A DNA stretch of 63,233 nucleotides, the filler included, from Octopus bimaculoides (taxonomy: Eukaryota): NCBI RefSeq assembly GCF_001194135.2. It is 10 parts of 8 records of this genome, joined end to end, with 100 filler letters (N's around TTAATTAATTAA, not from the genome) between each part and the next. Parts side by side here need not be neighbours in the genome. Positions count along the whole stretch, not along the records: positions 62,163 to 63,233 come from NC_068981.1; 9 more parts are not named here. The stretch is one strand, 5' to 3'. Of this stretch, positions 62,547 to 63,233 are shown piece by piece (positions within the stretch are counted from its first letter, which is position 1; each line of letters starts with the position of its first letter). Position numbers and translations under genes: made by a program. The notes under the pieces are model-generated. The model was given only the letters and a program-made list of their open reading frames with translations. It was not told where the DNA came from and searched no databases.

Positions 62547-62914
62547 ATTATAATAAGGGCAAACTACATGGTAGTACCACATACTAGATATCAAATGACT
62601 CTAAAACTATCTTATTTATCACATAAACTGATGACGAGAAAGGAAGTTATATCCCTGAACTAGAAATCAATTGATCTATGGATAAAACTTTAAGAAAAAC
62701 TCTTTTGTTCATTTCCCTCGCTTTCAGCCCGAATCTATGTGATAAATAAGGTAGTTTTAGAGTAATTTGACATCTTCTTCTAGCATGTGTTTACCCTTAT
62801 TATAATTTTACATGTAGTTTACCCTTATCATAATTTTTATAAAAAGATTTTACACACTAGCTACCTGATAAAATCCTATAGATTTTATCCTTGATAATAA
62901 TAATTATAATAATG

Positions 62915-62966
<52 letters not shown>

Positions 62967-63233
62967 GAGTTAGAACCAGCGGAGAGCTACAAATACCTAG
63001 GGGTAATTGAAGGGGACAATATCAAGCACTCAGTGATGAGGGAAAGGATCAGAAGAGAATGTTATCGCAGGGTGAGAGCAATACTGAAGACAGAGCTGAA
63101 CGCGAGAAACAGGATCGAAGCGATCAATGCTCTAGCCATACCAGTCGTGACTTACAGTTTCAACATCGTTAACTGGTCAATTACTGAAATATGTAATGTT
63201 GACAGAAAAATACGAAAACTGTTGACAATGCAT
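62967..63233 (+). mobile_element. 5'-truncated R4/Dong-like LINE RT fragment abutting (AAT)n
   Basis: Open frame ELEPAESYKYLGV...RRVRAILKTELNARNRIEAINALAIP..TYSF..VNW...DRKIRKLLTMH running off the window end. Confidence 0.88.

Overview
This is an AT-rich, repeat-dominated eukaryotic genomic window. About 10 kb is N gaps, and nine 44N-TTAATTAATTAA-44N artificial contig linkers break it up. The microsatellite load (TA, CA, CATA, GATA, AAT, CAT) and the recurring tRNA-derived SINE families suggest an octopod cephalopod (inference). I recognise no intact host protein-coding gene; almost all long ORFs in the track are artefacts of N runs or microsatellites. What can be read is a mosaic of decayed mobile elements: several R4/Dong-like RLE LINEs, RTE, Tx1/L1 and CRE fragments, at least four Penelope-like element (PLE) fragments, a Chapaev3-like transposase, a Helitron helicase, and one fully bounded, internally deleted Ty3/Gypsy element with LTRs, PBS, PPT and TSD. 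At least four SINE families are also present (labelled S1-S4 here; these are my labels). The most interesting signal is a set of minimal hammerhead-ribozyme-like motifs in short repeats, including one in a tRNA-headed SINE and one family with a shared non-canonical core. Element boundaries are read by eye and approximate unless exact motifs are quoted. Clade names come from recalled motif similarity, not database searches.
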